Assembly: GCA_048938105.1 (NCBI GenBank) | Contig: JBHLMN010000003.1 | Span: 192,001-256,000 of the forward strand | Length of the DNA: 64,000 nucleotides | Origin: Promethearchaeota archaeon | Lineage (GTDB): Archaea; Asgardarchaeota; Heimdallarchaeia; Hodarchaeales; Hodarchaeaceae | Direction of reading: 5' to 3' | Position numbers and translations under genes: made by a program | Shown here: positions 37,451 through 46,735 of the stretch, one piece after another | Layout: every line of letters begins with the position of its first letter | Position numbering within the stretch: the first letter of the stretch is position 1 | Notes under the pieces: generated by a model | Told to the model about the DNA's origin: nothing | Database searches by the model: none | The model's input: the letters and a program-made list of their open reading frames with translations, nothing else

Positions 37451-38676
37451 TCAGCATGGAGTGGGAAGTAGCATTCACGACAGCAAAAGTGGGATGAGGA
37501 AGGGCGATTAGTTTTCGAAATATAGCCACATCGTGAACATCTTTGAGAAGTGTGCCGTGGATTGACAAACATAATGGTCTTCCCAACTTTTTCGACTCGT
37601 TCAATAAGAAATTGCTCGAGTTGATAATAAGCCCAGTTGCCAAACTGACGACGAAGCTTTTTTGGTACATTTTTCTTCTTCTTACTGTGCTGCTTAAGAC
37701 CATGAAGATTTTCTAATACAATACAAGAATATGGCATGTTACAAATCCATTTTGCTATCTTACGGTTCTCATCAGTCATAAACCGTCTTTCTCTGCCGCA
37801 AACTCGCTTTAATTTGCGTTTAGCGGATCGAGTGCCTTTTGACTGCAGCTTCTTTCGGAATAGTTGATATTTCCATTTGACCGCAAGGATGTGGTTGGTG
37901 GGATAAAAACTGTTATTCGAACAGACGGCAACTCGTTTGATACCTCGGTCAACTCCCAGGAAGGAGGATTGATTTTCCACAGGAACATCAGGCAACTTTA
38001 TCGTAAAATACGCGATGATTTTTTTCCTTCTCTTGTTGTAATACAACGTCAAAGAGGTGATCCTCCCCTTAAGATACTGTTGAAAATATTTAGGAATGAA
38101 TAATTGCAGCTTCTTCCGACCCACAAGAGTACTGATAGAAATTGTCCCACTTGCTAAAAATGGAGTGAATGTCCGTTGATTATATCGAACACCGCTGAAA
38201 GGTCTTTTAAGAGGTTTTTTATGCATGAATTTCTCCCTTTTGAGCATGTCCGAAGCCATGTCTCTAGCACATTGGATTAACGAAGATTGTAACTTGGGAT
38301 ACGTTGCACGCAAGTCATGATAAGAAATTTCATGGAGTCTGTTCTTATGATAGGTTTTTGTTGCCCACCCAATGTCGATTACTCGCTGGACAGCCTTATT
38401 ATAAACCCTGATGGTTTCTAATAAGTCAGAGTCAGCTGGTAATGGACATTGAATAGTACGTTGCATTGCTGATTACTGACCTGTCATTGCAGTATTTAAC
38501 TTTTGATTAAACCTTCTTCCAAGTATTTGTCTTTTCTTTTCTGATCATCTTGTTCCCTGTTTCACCTCTTCACTCTATTCCCCTTTATTCCCTAAGAGGG
38601 CTTGCTTCTATTATTGTAAAAGTTTTCTATCATAATTCCTCCTCCGTATGAATTCGGGATTTTCCTTGTAACTTTC
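37285..38676 (-). mobile_element. tnpB-only IS200/IS605-family element (IS1341-like, non-autonomous)
   Basis: Right end on minus strand: CAAG-CCACT(loop)AGTGG-TCATTGAC ending at 37285. Left-end-like imperfect hairpin CAAGGAAAATCCCGAATTCATACGGAGGAG at about 38639-38668. No room for tnpA. Left boundary uncertain. Confidence 0.7.
37306..38466 (-). CDS. tnpB: RNA-guided endonuclease TnpB
   Basis: RuvC I GVDRG, RuvC II LENL, Zn ribbon TSQRCSRC...CREC, RuvC III HADLNAARN. Confidence 0.95.
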   Translation of the reverse strand: MQRTIQCPLPADSDLLETIRVYNKAVQRVIDIGWATKTYHKNRLHEISYHDLRATYPKLQSSLIQCARDMASDMLKREKFMHKKPLKRPFSGVRYNQRTFTPFLASGTISISTLVGRKKLQLFIPKYFQQYLKGRITSLTLYYNKRRKKIIAYFTIKLPDVPVENQSSFLGVDRGIKRVAVCSNNSFYPTNHILAVKWKYQLFRKKLQSKGTRSAKRKLKRVCGRERRFMTDENRKIAKWICNMPYSCIVLENLHGLKQHSKKKKNVPKKLRRQFGNWAYYQLEQFLIERVEKVGKTIMFVNPRHTSQRCSRCGYISKTNRPSSSHFCCRECYFPLHADLNAARNLSDFGKALIGRASVNSPNVAVLPLTETIALLSQREVLATSH

Positions 38677-38777
38677 TTATGAAAAGAAGCGAAACATTTT
38701 TTTGTCAAAGAACGATGAGAATTAAATCAGTATTACAAATTCTATAGATTTAAAAACGTTTTAGGATTGGAATTAAT

Positions 38778-39065
38778 ATGTCACTCCGCGAATTACTAAC
38801 TGATGATACAGAAGAATTCCCAGTCAGTAAAACAATAAAGGTAGTTGCTGCTAAACGTCTAGCGAAAACCGCATCTTGGCTTAAAGCTGTTGTATTAGTA
38901 GAAACAGGTGGAGGAAAACACCAGATTCGACTATACGGTTGGCAAAAGAATAAAGCTGGTGAGTGGAAAGTTAGACAGAAGTTCAATATATCAAAAGGTT
39001 ATTCAGATAAGCTTGCGCAAATATTCCAGGCGTTCAGCGAATTCAAAGAATCTTCATCTGAATGA
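38778..39065 (+). CDS. Small hypothetical protein, possibly PC4-like ssDNA/RNA-binding fold
   Basis: 'VVLVE....HQIRLYGWQKNKAGEWKVRQKFNIS...DKLAQIF': beta-meander plus C-terminal helix. Confidence 0.55.
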   Translation: MSLRELLTDDTEEFPVSKTIKVVAAKRLAKTASWLKAVVLVETGGGKHQIRLYGWQKNKAGEWKVRQKFNISKGYSDKLAQIFQAFSEFKESSSE

Positions 39066-39114
39066 TTAACGAAAAGATAGTATTGCTACAACAAAATAAG
39101 GATGGTTTCTTTTT

Positions 39115-40347
39115 ATGAAAGATTTAGTACAAATTCTGGCCACATTCGGTTATAATGAAGAAGAGACTGAACAAAACGAGATGGTACTTGATCTCATGGA
39201 TGAATTGTGTAAAAAAGAGATTGAACCATATGCTCAAGAGATGAATGAAACAGGGTGCAGGTTTGACGTTGAAACAGGAAAAGTAACCTACCCAGAACAG
39301 TCGTATAAAATTCTACAAAAACTCAGGGAAAATGATTTACTGGGACTAGCAATTCCAGAAGAGTTCGAAGGAGTGGGATTATCTTTCACGTTGACCAACG
39401 CATGTTATGAGCGGATTTCACGTGCAGATGCAGGAACCTCGTTGCTCTTTGGCCTACAAAACTCGTCGTATGATGTCATTGAGACATTTGGTACAGATGA
39501 AGCTAAAGAATATTATCTACCTAAATTAGCAAGTGGTGAACTAATTGGTGGTCTTCTTTTCACAGAACCTGGTGCAGGTTCTGATTTAGGATCATTAAAA
39601 ACAAAAGTTGTTGATGAAGGAGACCATTATGTCGTCAATGGAACGAAGAATTTCATATCAAATGCAGGTATTGCCAATACGTATCTCTTTCTAGGTTCTA
39701 CCTCTCCAGAAAAAGCTTCCAGAGGACTAACTGCATTTATCATTGAGACTGAAAACAATCCAGGATTCAAGATAACACGAATAGAAGAGAAATTAGGCCT
39801 TCACAGCAATGCTACAGCCGAAGTTTTACTTGATGGGGCTGTTATTCCTAAAAGAAATGTTTTAGGGAAAATCGATCGTGGTTTTAGTGTCGTTTTATAT
39901 GAATTATCAGCAGCAAGAATTGGGATTGGAGCTCAAGCAGTAGGTATTGCTGATGCAGCTTATCGAAAAGCAGCAACATATGTTAAGACCAGAAAGCAAT
40001 TTGGAAAAACAATCGAAAGTTTTCAGGCCACCCAATGGAAAGTTGCAGATCTTTACACGAAAATCCACACCGCACGACTGGCCTACCTTTCAGCAGCTCG
40101 AATGAAAGATTTGAAACAAGACTTTTCTGAGTATGCATGCATTGCCAAGCTTTACGGATCAGAAATGGCTCAAGAAGTAACAAGTGAAGCACTCCAAATG
40201 CATGGTGGATATGGATATATCAAAGAATATGATGTCGAGCGTTATTATCGAGATGTTAGAATTACGCCCATCTATGAGGGTACGAATGAGGTACAGCGAA
40301 TTGTGATTTCTCGTGCAGAAATGGGAAAAGATTATGCTCCAGAATAG
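39115..40347 (+). CDS. Acyl-CoA dehydrogenase
   Basis: 'TEPGAGSD', 'NGTKNFISNA', 'EEKLGLH', 'RKQFGK.I..FQ', 'QMHGGYGY', 'IYEGTNEVQR'. Confidence 0.95.
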   Translation: MKDLVQILATFGYNEEETEQNEMVLDLMDELCKKEIEPYAQEMNETGCRFDVETGKVTYPEQSYKILQKLRENDLLGLAIPEEFEGVGLSFTLTNACYERISRADAGTSLLFGLQNSSYDVIETFGTDEAKEYYLPKLASGELIGGLLFTEPGAGSDLGSLKTKVVDEGDHYVVNGTKNFISNAGIANTYLFLGSTSPEKASRGLTAFIIETENNPGFKITRIEEKLGLHSNATAEVLLDGAVIPKRNVLGKIDRGFSVVLYELSAARIGIGAQAVGIADAAYRKAATYVKTRKQFGKTIESFQATQWKVADLYTKIHTARLAYLSAARMKDLKQDFSEYACIAKLYGSEMAQEVTSEALQMHGGYGYIKEYDVERYYRDVRITPIYEGTNEVQRIVISRAEMGKDYAPE

Positions 40348-40424
40348 GAAAAAACTTTCCAATTTTTCTTTTTTTCTTCTACTTTAGAATTAAAAAAGAA
40401 ATCGTTAGATTTGATGTTTTAATA

Positions 40425-41180
40425 ATGTTATCTGCAGCTATAGAAAGCGGAACTACTTGTAAATGGTACGGTAGAATAATTAAATTTCCTGGTACAATTG
40501 CAAAAGGTAACTCTAAGAGAGAATTGATACAGAATCTCGACTCGGAAGTTAATGAGTATATCTTATGGTTAAAACACTATAACGAAGAGATTTCAATATC
40601 TATTGATGAAAAAATTGTTATTAAAGAAGAAGTTTTTAATGTCGCAGACCTTGGGGAATCTGGAGGAACTGTAGCTCTTTTTGAATTCGATAAACTACCT
40701 GTTACATCAAAAAAATTAAACTATTACTTCAGATTAATGGATTTTTCTCGTCAGTCCTTATTAGAACTCATTAATAAAATACCTGTAGATAGACTATCGG
40801 AGCAGTTACCCCATGGTAAACGAACTACTACTCAAATACTGACGCATATTGCTAATGCTGAAGAGTGGTATAAATCTAGATTAGGAAAAGAAGCAGATAT
40901 TTTATATGAAGAGTATGTTGGAATGCCTATTGATCGTCTAGACAAGAAACCTATTCTTGACCGACTTAAACATGTAAGAAAAGGTTGTATTTATGTACTG
41001 AAGAATCTGGGTATTCAAAAAGGAGCTAAAATCTTCACACGAGAATCTTATACAAACTACCCGAAAGAACAATGGTCCTTCAACAAAGTTTTACGACGTT
41101 TCATTGAACACGAACGAGAACATTTCTATTCGATTAGAAATTGGGTGAAAGAGAGTAAAAATAGTTTTTCAAACCCCTAG
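40425..41180 (+). CDS. HicB-like N-domain fused to DinB-like domain
   Basis: 'FPGTIAKG.S..E...NL' followed by DinB His motifs 'ILTHIANAEEWY' and 'WS..KVLRRFIEHEREH'. Confidence 0.75.
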   Translation: MLSAAIESGTTCKWYGRIIKFPGTIAKGNSKRELIQNLDSEVNEYILWLKHYNEEISISIDEKIVIKEEVFNVADLGESGGTVALFEFDKLPVTSKKLNYYFRLMDFSRQSLLELINKIPVDRLSEQLPHGKRTTTQILTHIANAEEWYKSRLGKEADILYEEYVGMPIDRLDKKPILDRLKHVRKGCIYVLKNLGIQKGAKIFTRESYTNYPKEQWSFNKVLRRFIEHEREHFYSIRNWVKESKNSFSNP

Positions 41181-41182
41181 AC

Positions 41183-41749
41183 TTAACAGCTTTTCAATCT
41201 ACTTTTTTCTTCTTCAATTATAAACTGAAGATTTTTCTCATATATCTTGTAATCTGAAGAACTGAATAAAACAAAATGAACTTCTATAATAGAAGTTAAT
41301 GGTAGATTCTCAATTACTGTTGAAAGAGCTATTTTTGAGGCTTGTTCAATCGGAAACCTATATACCCCTGTTGAAATAGACGGGAAAGCTATGGATTTAA
41401 CTTCATATTCAGCTGCAAGAAGGAGAGAATTTCGATAACAATGTTTTAAAAGACTCTCCTCATTTTGATAACCTCCTCGCCAAATGGGCCCTGGTGTATG
41501 AATAACATACGTGGCCTTCATAAATCCCGCAGTTGTAATTCGAGCCTCTCCTGTTTTACACCCCTCAGGATATTTCTGGATACATTCCTGTAAGATTTCA
41601 GGCCCTCCTGCATTATGAATAGCCCCATCCACACCACCACCACCACGGAGGGATGTATTGGCTGCATTAACAATTACATCTGTTTCTTCTTTAGTAATAT
41701 CCCCTTGAATCAAACGAATAACCGTTGATCCGATCTTTGTTTCCAGCAC
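41183..41749 (-). CDS. Macrodomain O-acetyl-ADP-ribose deacetylase / ADP-ribosylhydrolase (YmdB-like)
   Basis: 'GDIT', 'IVNAAN..LRGGGGVDGAIH.AGG', 'VIHTPGP', 'AFPSISTGVYRFP'. Confidence 0.95.
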   Translation of the reverse strand: MLETKIGSTVIRLIQGDITKEETDVIVNAANTSLRGGGGVDGAIHNAGGPEILQECIQKYPEGCKTGEARITTAGFMKATYVIHTPGPIWRGGYQNEESLLKHCYRNSLLLAAEYEVKSIAFPSISTGVYRFPIEQASKIALSTVIENLPLTSIIEVHFVLFSSSDYKIYEKNLQFIIEEEKSRLKSC

Positions 41750-41786
41750 AATCTCCTCAAAGGTTGATATTAACAGCTTGATTTGA

Positions 41787-42797
41787 TCAATCTGCTAATC
41801 TTGCTCGTCGTGATCCTTCATCGAACGAAATAATACCCATATCTCGGAAGTGGTGAATTATTTGCTGGACTGTATATGTTGCAATCCCAGTCATTGTTGC
41901 AAGATCATCAACAGTGACCTGTTCTAGACTCATTAAATGACTTAAAATTCTCCCAGACTCGCTTTCACTCAAAAATGTCTTTATGGCCTTTGCTGTTCCT
42001 AAGGATTGCTTTGAATCTTCCGCCATTGTTTGAATTTGAGTCTTTGCTCTATCAAGTTCGTAAGTTTTCATTTCATTTTCTTCTTTCAGACGTTTGAGTT
42101 CGAATTTTAGCTCTTCAGCTTCAATTTTCCTTTCTTGCAATTCCTCAATCAGATTATTCTTTTCTTTTAATTCTGATTCCAGTTGCTCAAGTTGAGATGT
42201 AGTTTTTTCTACTTCTTTACCTTTCTTCTCTATTTCTTCCTGCAGGGTGCCGATACGCTGTTGAGCTAAATTATCCCTTTCAAGAGCTAATTTTTCTTTT
42301 TCTTTTAATTGATTTACCAATTCTTCATATTTTTGGGTCATAATCTGTTCTTTTTCAACAGCAATATTTCTTCCTTGACGAAGCTCCTCTAATACAGTGA
42401 CATATTTTTCTCGGAACTCCTCTATCTGTTCATTGACAGCAAAAGACCAATTACTTGAATTTTGATCAAGGTTTTCAAGTCGTGTACTGAGATCTAATAT
42501 TTGATTATTTAGTTCTAACCCTAAAGTCTCCAGGGAACCCCGAACCTCATCAAGTGTCGTTTTAAACTCTTTAGAAGCCTGAGTTCGGATCTCTACGCTT
42601 CTGTTTTCTAATGTTTGAGATAGCTCGCTTTGACGGAGCGCGGATCCCTCCAGGTGTTTTTCAATCGCTGCAATCCTTGACGCCAACTCTTGAGAAACTT
42701 CATTTATTCGGGTTTCAGTATTGTTTAGCTTTTTGGTTAACTCTTCTTGTAATAATTCTAGCTCCGAAGGTTTTTTCTTTCTAAACATGTAAAACAC
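41787..42797 (-). CDS. Long coiled-coil protein with C-terminal winged-helix domain
   Basis: About 260 aa of E/K/L/Q heptad-rich helix, then 'RILSHL...VTVDDLATMTGIATYTVQQIIHHFRDMGIISFD'. Confidence 0.75.
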   Translation of the reverse strand: MFYMFRKKKPSELELLQEELTKKLNNTETRINEVSQELASRIAAIEKHLEGSALRQSELSQTLENRSVEIRTQASKEFKTTLDEVRGSLETLGLELNNQILDLSTRLENLDQNSSNWSFAVNEQIEEFREKYVTVLEELRQGRNIAVEKEQIMTQKYEELVNQLKEKEKLALERDNLAQQRIGTLQEEIEKKGKEVEKTTSQLEQLESELKEKNNLIEELQERKIEAEELKFELKRLKEENEMKTYELDRAKTQIQTMAEDSKQSLGTAKAIKTFLSESESGRILSHLMSLEQVTVDDLATMTGIATYTVQQIIHHFRDMGIISFDEGSRRARLAD

Positions 42798-43210
42798 TCC
42801 TTTTGGGAATAGATGTTATACTAGTTAAAAGGTTTCATATGATTTTTCCAGAATTCAATTATCACATGTACGATTTTTGTGATTCATACTAACCATGAGT
42901 ACTCAAGATAAAATTCTTTCTATTTATGTGTCCAAAAAAAAACTAAGACACGCTTTTAAAATGCTTAATGAAAACCAAGAAATATTTGTAATTAGTTTTT
43001 TATTTATTGGCAACCTTTATGTTATCAATCAAGGAGTGAATGATTTAATTATTAGCTTTGAATATGAAATAGTAAGGATTAATGGTTATTTGAGAGTAGG
43101 AAAAGATAATTATTTAGTTGGATCTATCATCTTCGCATTTATAGTAAAAAATATATGAATTTTCAACACAAATGTGATCTAGCTGCTATGTGGCGTTATA
43201 AGAGTTGTTT

Positions 43211-43639
43211 TTATGCTCTAGAAACCACTTTGAAAGAAATATATTTCATACCTTCAATTGTACGAAGTTTCTTCATCAATATACGAATATTATTAACAGA
43301 ATCACTAATGATCAAATTCTCTAAACATTCTCCTTTTTTTAAATGATAATGTGTTGAAAAGACTACATTCGAATGATGTTGTACTTCTAAGAACTTTTGA
43401 ATTGTTTTTTGGTCATAATGGTCATAAACAACTGAAATTGTAACTGTAATGTCAGTATCACTCGCAGTAATGTTATTAAGAACCTCCTCTGATTCAAAAA
43501 AGCTTTGAAGTGCATCTCTTATCATTTGCGAGGTATTTTGATACCCAAATTCTTTTACTTTAGTGTTAATAAGATTTTTAAAACCCTGCTCACAAGAAAA
43601 AGTAATAGTCTCACGATTACCCTTCTGGTTCATCTTCAA
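43211..43639 (-). CDS. nikR: Nickel-responsive regulator NikR
   Basis: RHH 'ITFS...GYQNTSQMIRDAL', 'VVYDH', 'VQH', 'STHYHL...CLE'; last gene of the ECF metal operon. Confidence 0.88.
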   Translation of the reverse strand: MKMNQKGNRETITFSCEQGFKNLINTKVKEFGYQNTSQMIRDALQSFFESEEVLNNITASDTDITVTISVVYDHYDQKTIQKFLEVQHHSNVVFSTHYHLKKGECLENLIISDSVNNIRILMKKLRTIEGMKYISFKVVSRA

Positions 43640-43677
43640 TCCTACCTATTATTACTTCTTTTTTGTTTTGATTCTTA

Positions 43678-44433
43678 TTACGAGAGATTATCAGTTTTTA
43701 TAAACTCTTGCTCCAGAAAATCATTAAAAGATGAAAAATCTCCTTTGATTTCCCCTTGTTTCATTAATATAATTCTATCAGCAATTCTCATAATATCAAA
43801 ATCATGGGAAACTACAATAATTGTCTTATTCTTAGATATTGAGTGAATAATATCAAGCATACGAGGTTTGGTCCAGGGATCGATACCTGCGGTAGGTTCA
43901 TCTAGCACAATGACATTGGGTTGCATTGCTAAGATACCAGCAAAAGCAACCTTCTTCTTTTCACCAAAGGAAAGATTAAATGTAATTCTCTCTCTCAAAT
44001 GAGTAATTTGAACTTCTTCTAAAGCAGAATTGACTCGTTTCTCAATTTCTTCTTGGCTTAGTTGCATGTTTCTTGGCCCAAATGAAATATCATCACTTAC
44101 TTTAGGAAAGAATATCTGTTCGTCAGGATTTTCAAAAACTAATCCAATAAGTTTTTGAATATCTCTTTTGTTCTTCTTTGTCACAAGTTTGCCAAAAACC
44201 CGTACTTGCCCATGTTTAGGAACAATTAATCCATTAAAGTGTTTCATAAGAGTCGTTTTACCAGATCCATTCGGGCCAGCAATGACTGTAAGATTATTTC
44301 TTTGGAAATTAACGGAAATATTCTTTAATACCAGCTTCTGTTTCTGTAAATATTTAAATGATAGATCTTTTACCTCAAGTATGGTTTCATCAGATTTACT
44401 AGAATTATTCTGGTCAGTAGCTAATGTACTCAT
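43678..44433 (-). CDS. cbiO: ECF Co/Ni transporter ATPase CbiO/NikO
   Basis: GPNGSGKT, 'LVFENPDEQIF', 'LSFGEKKK', 'LDEPTAG', 'SHD'. ATG at 44433 overlaps the cbiQ stop. Confidence 0.9.
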   Translation of the reverse strand: MSTLATDQNNSSKSDETILEVKDLSFKYLQKQKLVLKNISVNFQRNNLTVIAGPNGSGKTTLMKHFNGLIVPKHGQVRVFGKLVTKKNKRDIQKLIGLVFENPDEQIFFPKVSDDISFGPRNMQLSQEEIEKRVNSALEEVQITHLRERITFNLSFGEKKKVAFAGILAMQPNVIVLDEPTAGIDPWTKPRMLDIIHSISKNKTIIVVSHDFDIMRIADRIILMKQGEIKGDFSSFNDFLEQEFIKTDNLS

Positions 44434-45245
44434 ATGAATTCCCTCAAAAAAGTAAATGGTGACATTTGTCCTATACTCATTGCTATAATTACTAGAATTA
44501 ATATTATAATCAAAAAAATAACTCCACCTAAACTCCATGGTTGATGGGGATGTATTAATCTGCCAGAAAATCCTCGGGCTGAGAGAGTGGCAGACACATA
44601 TTCTGCCCGTTTAAAGGATCGTGCTAATAAACCTGCAATAATATTACTGATAATCTTCATTGAGCTAAAATTCATTCGAAGCCTTTCTCCGTAGAGACGA
44701 TTCGACCGAGCCTCAAGAATTCTTTCTAATTCTTCCTGCATAAGGGAAAAAAAACGATAGGTAAAGAAAGTTAAGCTTGTTAATAAATGGGGCATTTGTA
44801 GATCATTTAATCCATAAATAATTTCAAAAAAAGACTCTTCTGAATTAATGAGCATCAAAACAAATAGAACGATTAAGAGACTACGTAATCCAGAAAATAT
44901 CATGAAAGAAAAATTATCATGAATTGTAGAATAGAATAAGCTTCTATAGATAATTGGCGAACGACTAAATGATAGAAACGAAATTAACGCTAATGAAACA
45001 ATAATCGGGAGTGTTGCTAGACTTTGTTTGAAAAATAATAAACGAGGACGAAGAAGAATGAAAGAAAGAATGAAAATCAGTATAAACCATGATAGTTGAT
45101 TCAGATCTACTATTAATGAACATGCAATAATGATAAAAAAAGTTGCGATGATTTTGCACCGTACATCAATTGGATATGCCAATTGATGGGTAGAGTGTTG
45201 TTCGTTTGTATAGGATTCTCTCAAATTCAATCCTTCAATACACAA
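44430..45245 (-). CDS. cbiQ: ECF transmembrane T component CbiQ/NikQ
   Basis: 'IDVRCKII', 'FTYRF...EELERI.EARSNR', 'RSFKRAE.V...LSARGF'. Confidence 0.88.
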   Translation of the reverse strand: MCIEGLNLRESYTNEQHSTHQLAYPIDVRCKIIATFFIIIACSLIVDLNQLSWFILIFILSFILLRPRLLFFKQSLATLPIIVSLALISFLSFSRSPIIYRSLFYSTIHDNFSFMIFSGLRSLLIVLFVLMLINSEESFFEIIYGLNDLQMPHLLTSLTFFTYRFFSLMQEELERILEARSNRLYGERLRMNFSSMKIISNIIAGLLARSFKRAEYVSATLSARGFSGRLIHPHQPWSLGGVIFLIIILILVIIAMSIGQMSPFTFLREFI

Positions 45246-45266
45246 AAAGAAGTAAAAAAACTAATA

Positions 45267-45590
45267 TTAATATTCAGAGCTGATTTCTTTTGAATGACGT
45301 TGTTTAAGGATATAGTATGGAATGATAAAAATACAAAAGACAATAATAACTCCGATTAAACCAGAAACTATTGTAGAAAGAAATTCATTTCCAATAATTT
45401 GTTGAAGCACAGAACCATAAGCCCCATAATCAGTTAGAATCCCAAGATCAAATGAATTACCATCAGGGGCATTGTTCTGTTCTGCAGCACTTTCGAGACC
45501 ATCTGGATTAGGATCCGCAAAAGGGGCTAAGAGTAAAAGTAATACAAGAATAGCAATAACACCAATGATATATTTCTGCTTGACATCCAT
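45267..45590 (-). CDS. PDGLE-domain accessory component (NikN/CbiN-like)
   Basis: 'FADPNPDGLE' between two TM helices. Confidence 0.88.
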   Translation of the reverse strand: MDVKQKYIIGVIAILVLLLLLAPFADPNPDGLESAAEQNNAPDGNSFDLGILTDYGAYGSVLQQIIGNEFLSTIVSGLIGVIIVFCIFIIPYYILKQRHSKEISSEY

Positions 45591-45595
45591 TTTTA

Positions 45596-46282
45596 TTACC
45601 TCTGAACTTCTACTAGCTGAGAAGGTTGTCTTTGTATACCAAGGAAAATATCCATTTCAATGGAATGGAAGTACAAAACAATCATACTAGTGATCAAACC
45701 TTCACCTATGCCTATTAACACATGATAGAAAACGATTGTTGGCAATGCCACAGATATGGGAATGGCTGCGGGGTAATTTATTAGAGGAATACCAAGTTCT
45801 AGAGCTGCGAAAAAAGAAGCAACAACAACAGAGAGAAAAGCTCCACAGAATATACCACCATAATAACGAAATTTGGCATCCTCAGGATTTTCCTTATCCA
45901 TGAAAATACGAAGAACTGAATATCCTGTAAAAACTCCAACAATCCCCATGTTAAAGATATTGGGGCCTAAAGCAATGATTCCACCATCAGCAAAAAGTAA
46001 TGCCTGAATCATGAGAACAACAGTAATTACTAAAACAGCAGCCCAAGGTCCTACAATAGCTGCAGCTAGAGTGCCACCTAGTAGATGGCCAGAAGTACCT
46101 CCCAAAATCGGAAAGTTTAACATTTGAGCTGCAAAAATCGTTCCCCCTATTACAGACATGTAAGCGATTCTCGTTTCATCAATATCACGTAGTTTACGTG
46201 AGGAGACAATTATAACAGCAATTGTTATAAGCCAAGTAACTATTATGAATGCAGGATCAACCCAACCATCTGGAATATGCAT
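45596..46282 (-). CDS. cbiM: ECF Co/Ni S component CbiM/NikM
   Basis: Metal-binding N-terminus MHIPDG (so start at 46282), 'FAAQMLNFP..GGTSGHLLG', 'QALLFADGG', 'IGIGEG'. Confidence 0.93.
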   Translation of the reverse strand: MHIPDGWVDPAFIIVTWLITIAVIIVSSRKLRDIDETRIAYMSVIGGTIFAAQMLNFPILGGTSGHLLGGTLAAAIVGPWAAVLVITVVLMIQALLFADGGIIALGPNIFNMGIVGVFTGYSVLRIFMDKENPEDAKFRYYGGIFCGAFLSVVVASFFAALELGIPLINYPAAIPISVALPTIVFYHVLIGIGEGLITSMIVLYFHSIEMDIFLGIQRQPSQLVEVQR

Positions 46283-46385
46283 TGTCATTACACCTGAAGA
46301 ATTTGTAATCCATATTAGTTAATTTGAGATATAAAGTGAAGAGATTTTACTCAACTCAAGAAAAAAGATTACCTATATATATGTC

Positions 46386-46408
46386 TTACAGATAATACTA
46401 TTCTGTAA
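46386..46408. promoter_or_regulatory. Inverted repeat, candidate regulator (NikR?) site upstream of cbiM
   Basis: TTACAGA-N9-TCTGTAA beside a TATATATA tract. Confidence 0.3.
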
Positions 46409-46735
46409 CAATTATCATAGAACTGATTAAACAAGAAATAACAAAAGGAGGTGAAATAAACTTATGATCAATTTAAAGAAATTACAGTACTTTAGTAGAA
46501 ATGATCTTTGTGTCTAATAATTTTAAGAGAAGGATCGAATAACAATTAATATTCCTTTTTTGTTGATATCTAACTCCAATATTTTCTTATAACAAATTAT
46601 TAGAATCATTTAAACTGCTAATCATGAAATTTTAAAATTATCACTTCCACCTAGAAAGAGAGAAGCACTTAATTATTGTTGTTGAACTCTTGAAAAACTT
46701 GGAAATACATTAAAATTAAGAAAAATGTGATTTAA

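Noticed and set aside
38467-38680. tnpA transposase upstream of tnpB
   Set aside because: Only about 200 bp, with no HUH-motif ORF.
42895-43346. Plus-strand ORFs 42895-43158 and 43155-43346
   Set aside because: Low-complexity AT-rich translations with no recognisable family; the second is antisense to nikR.
44434-44538. N-terminal extension of cbiO
   Set aside because: It overlaps cbiQ; ATG 44433 gives a standard coupled start.
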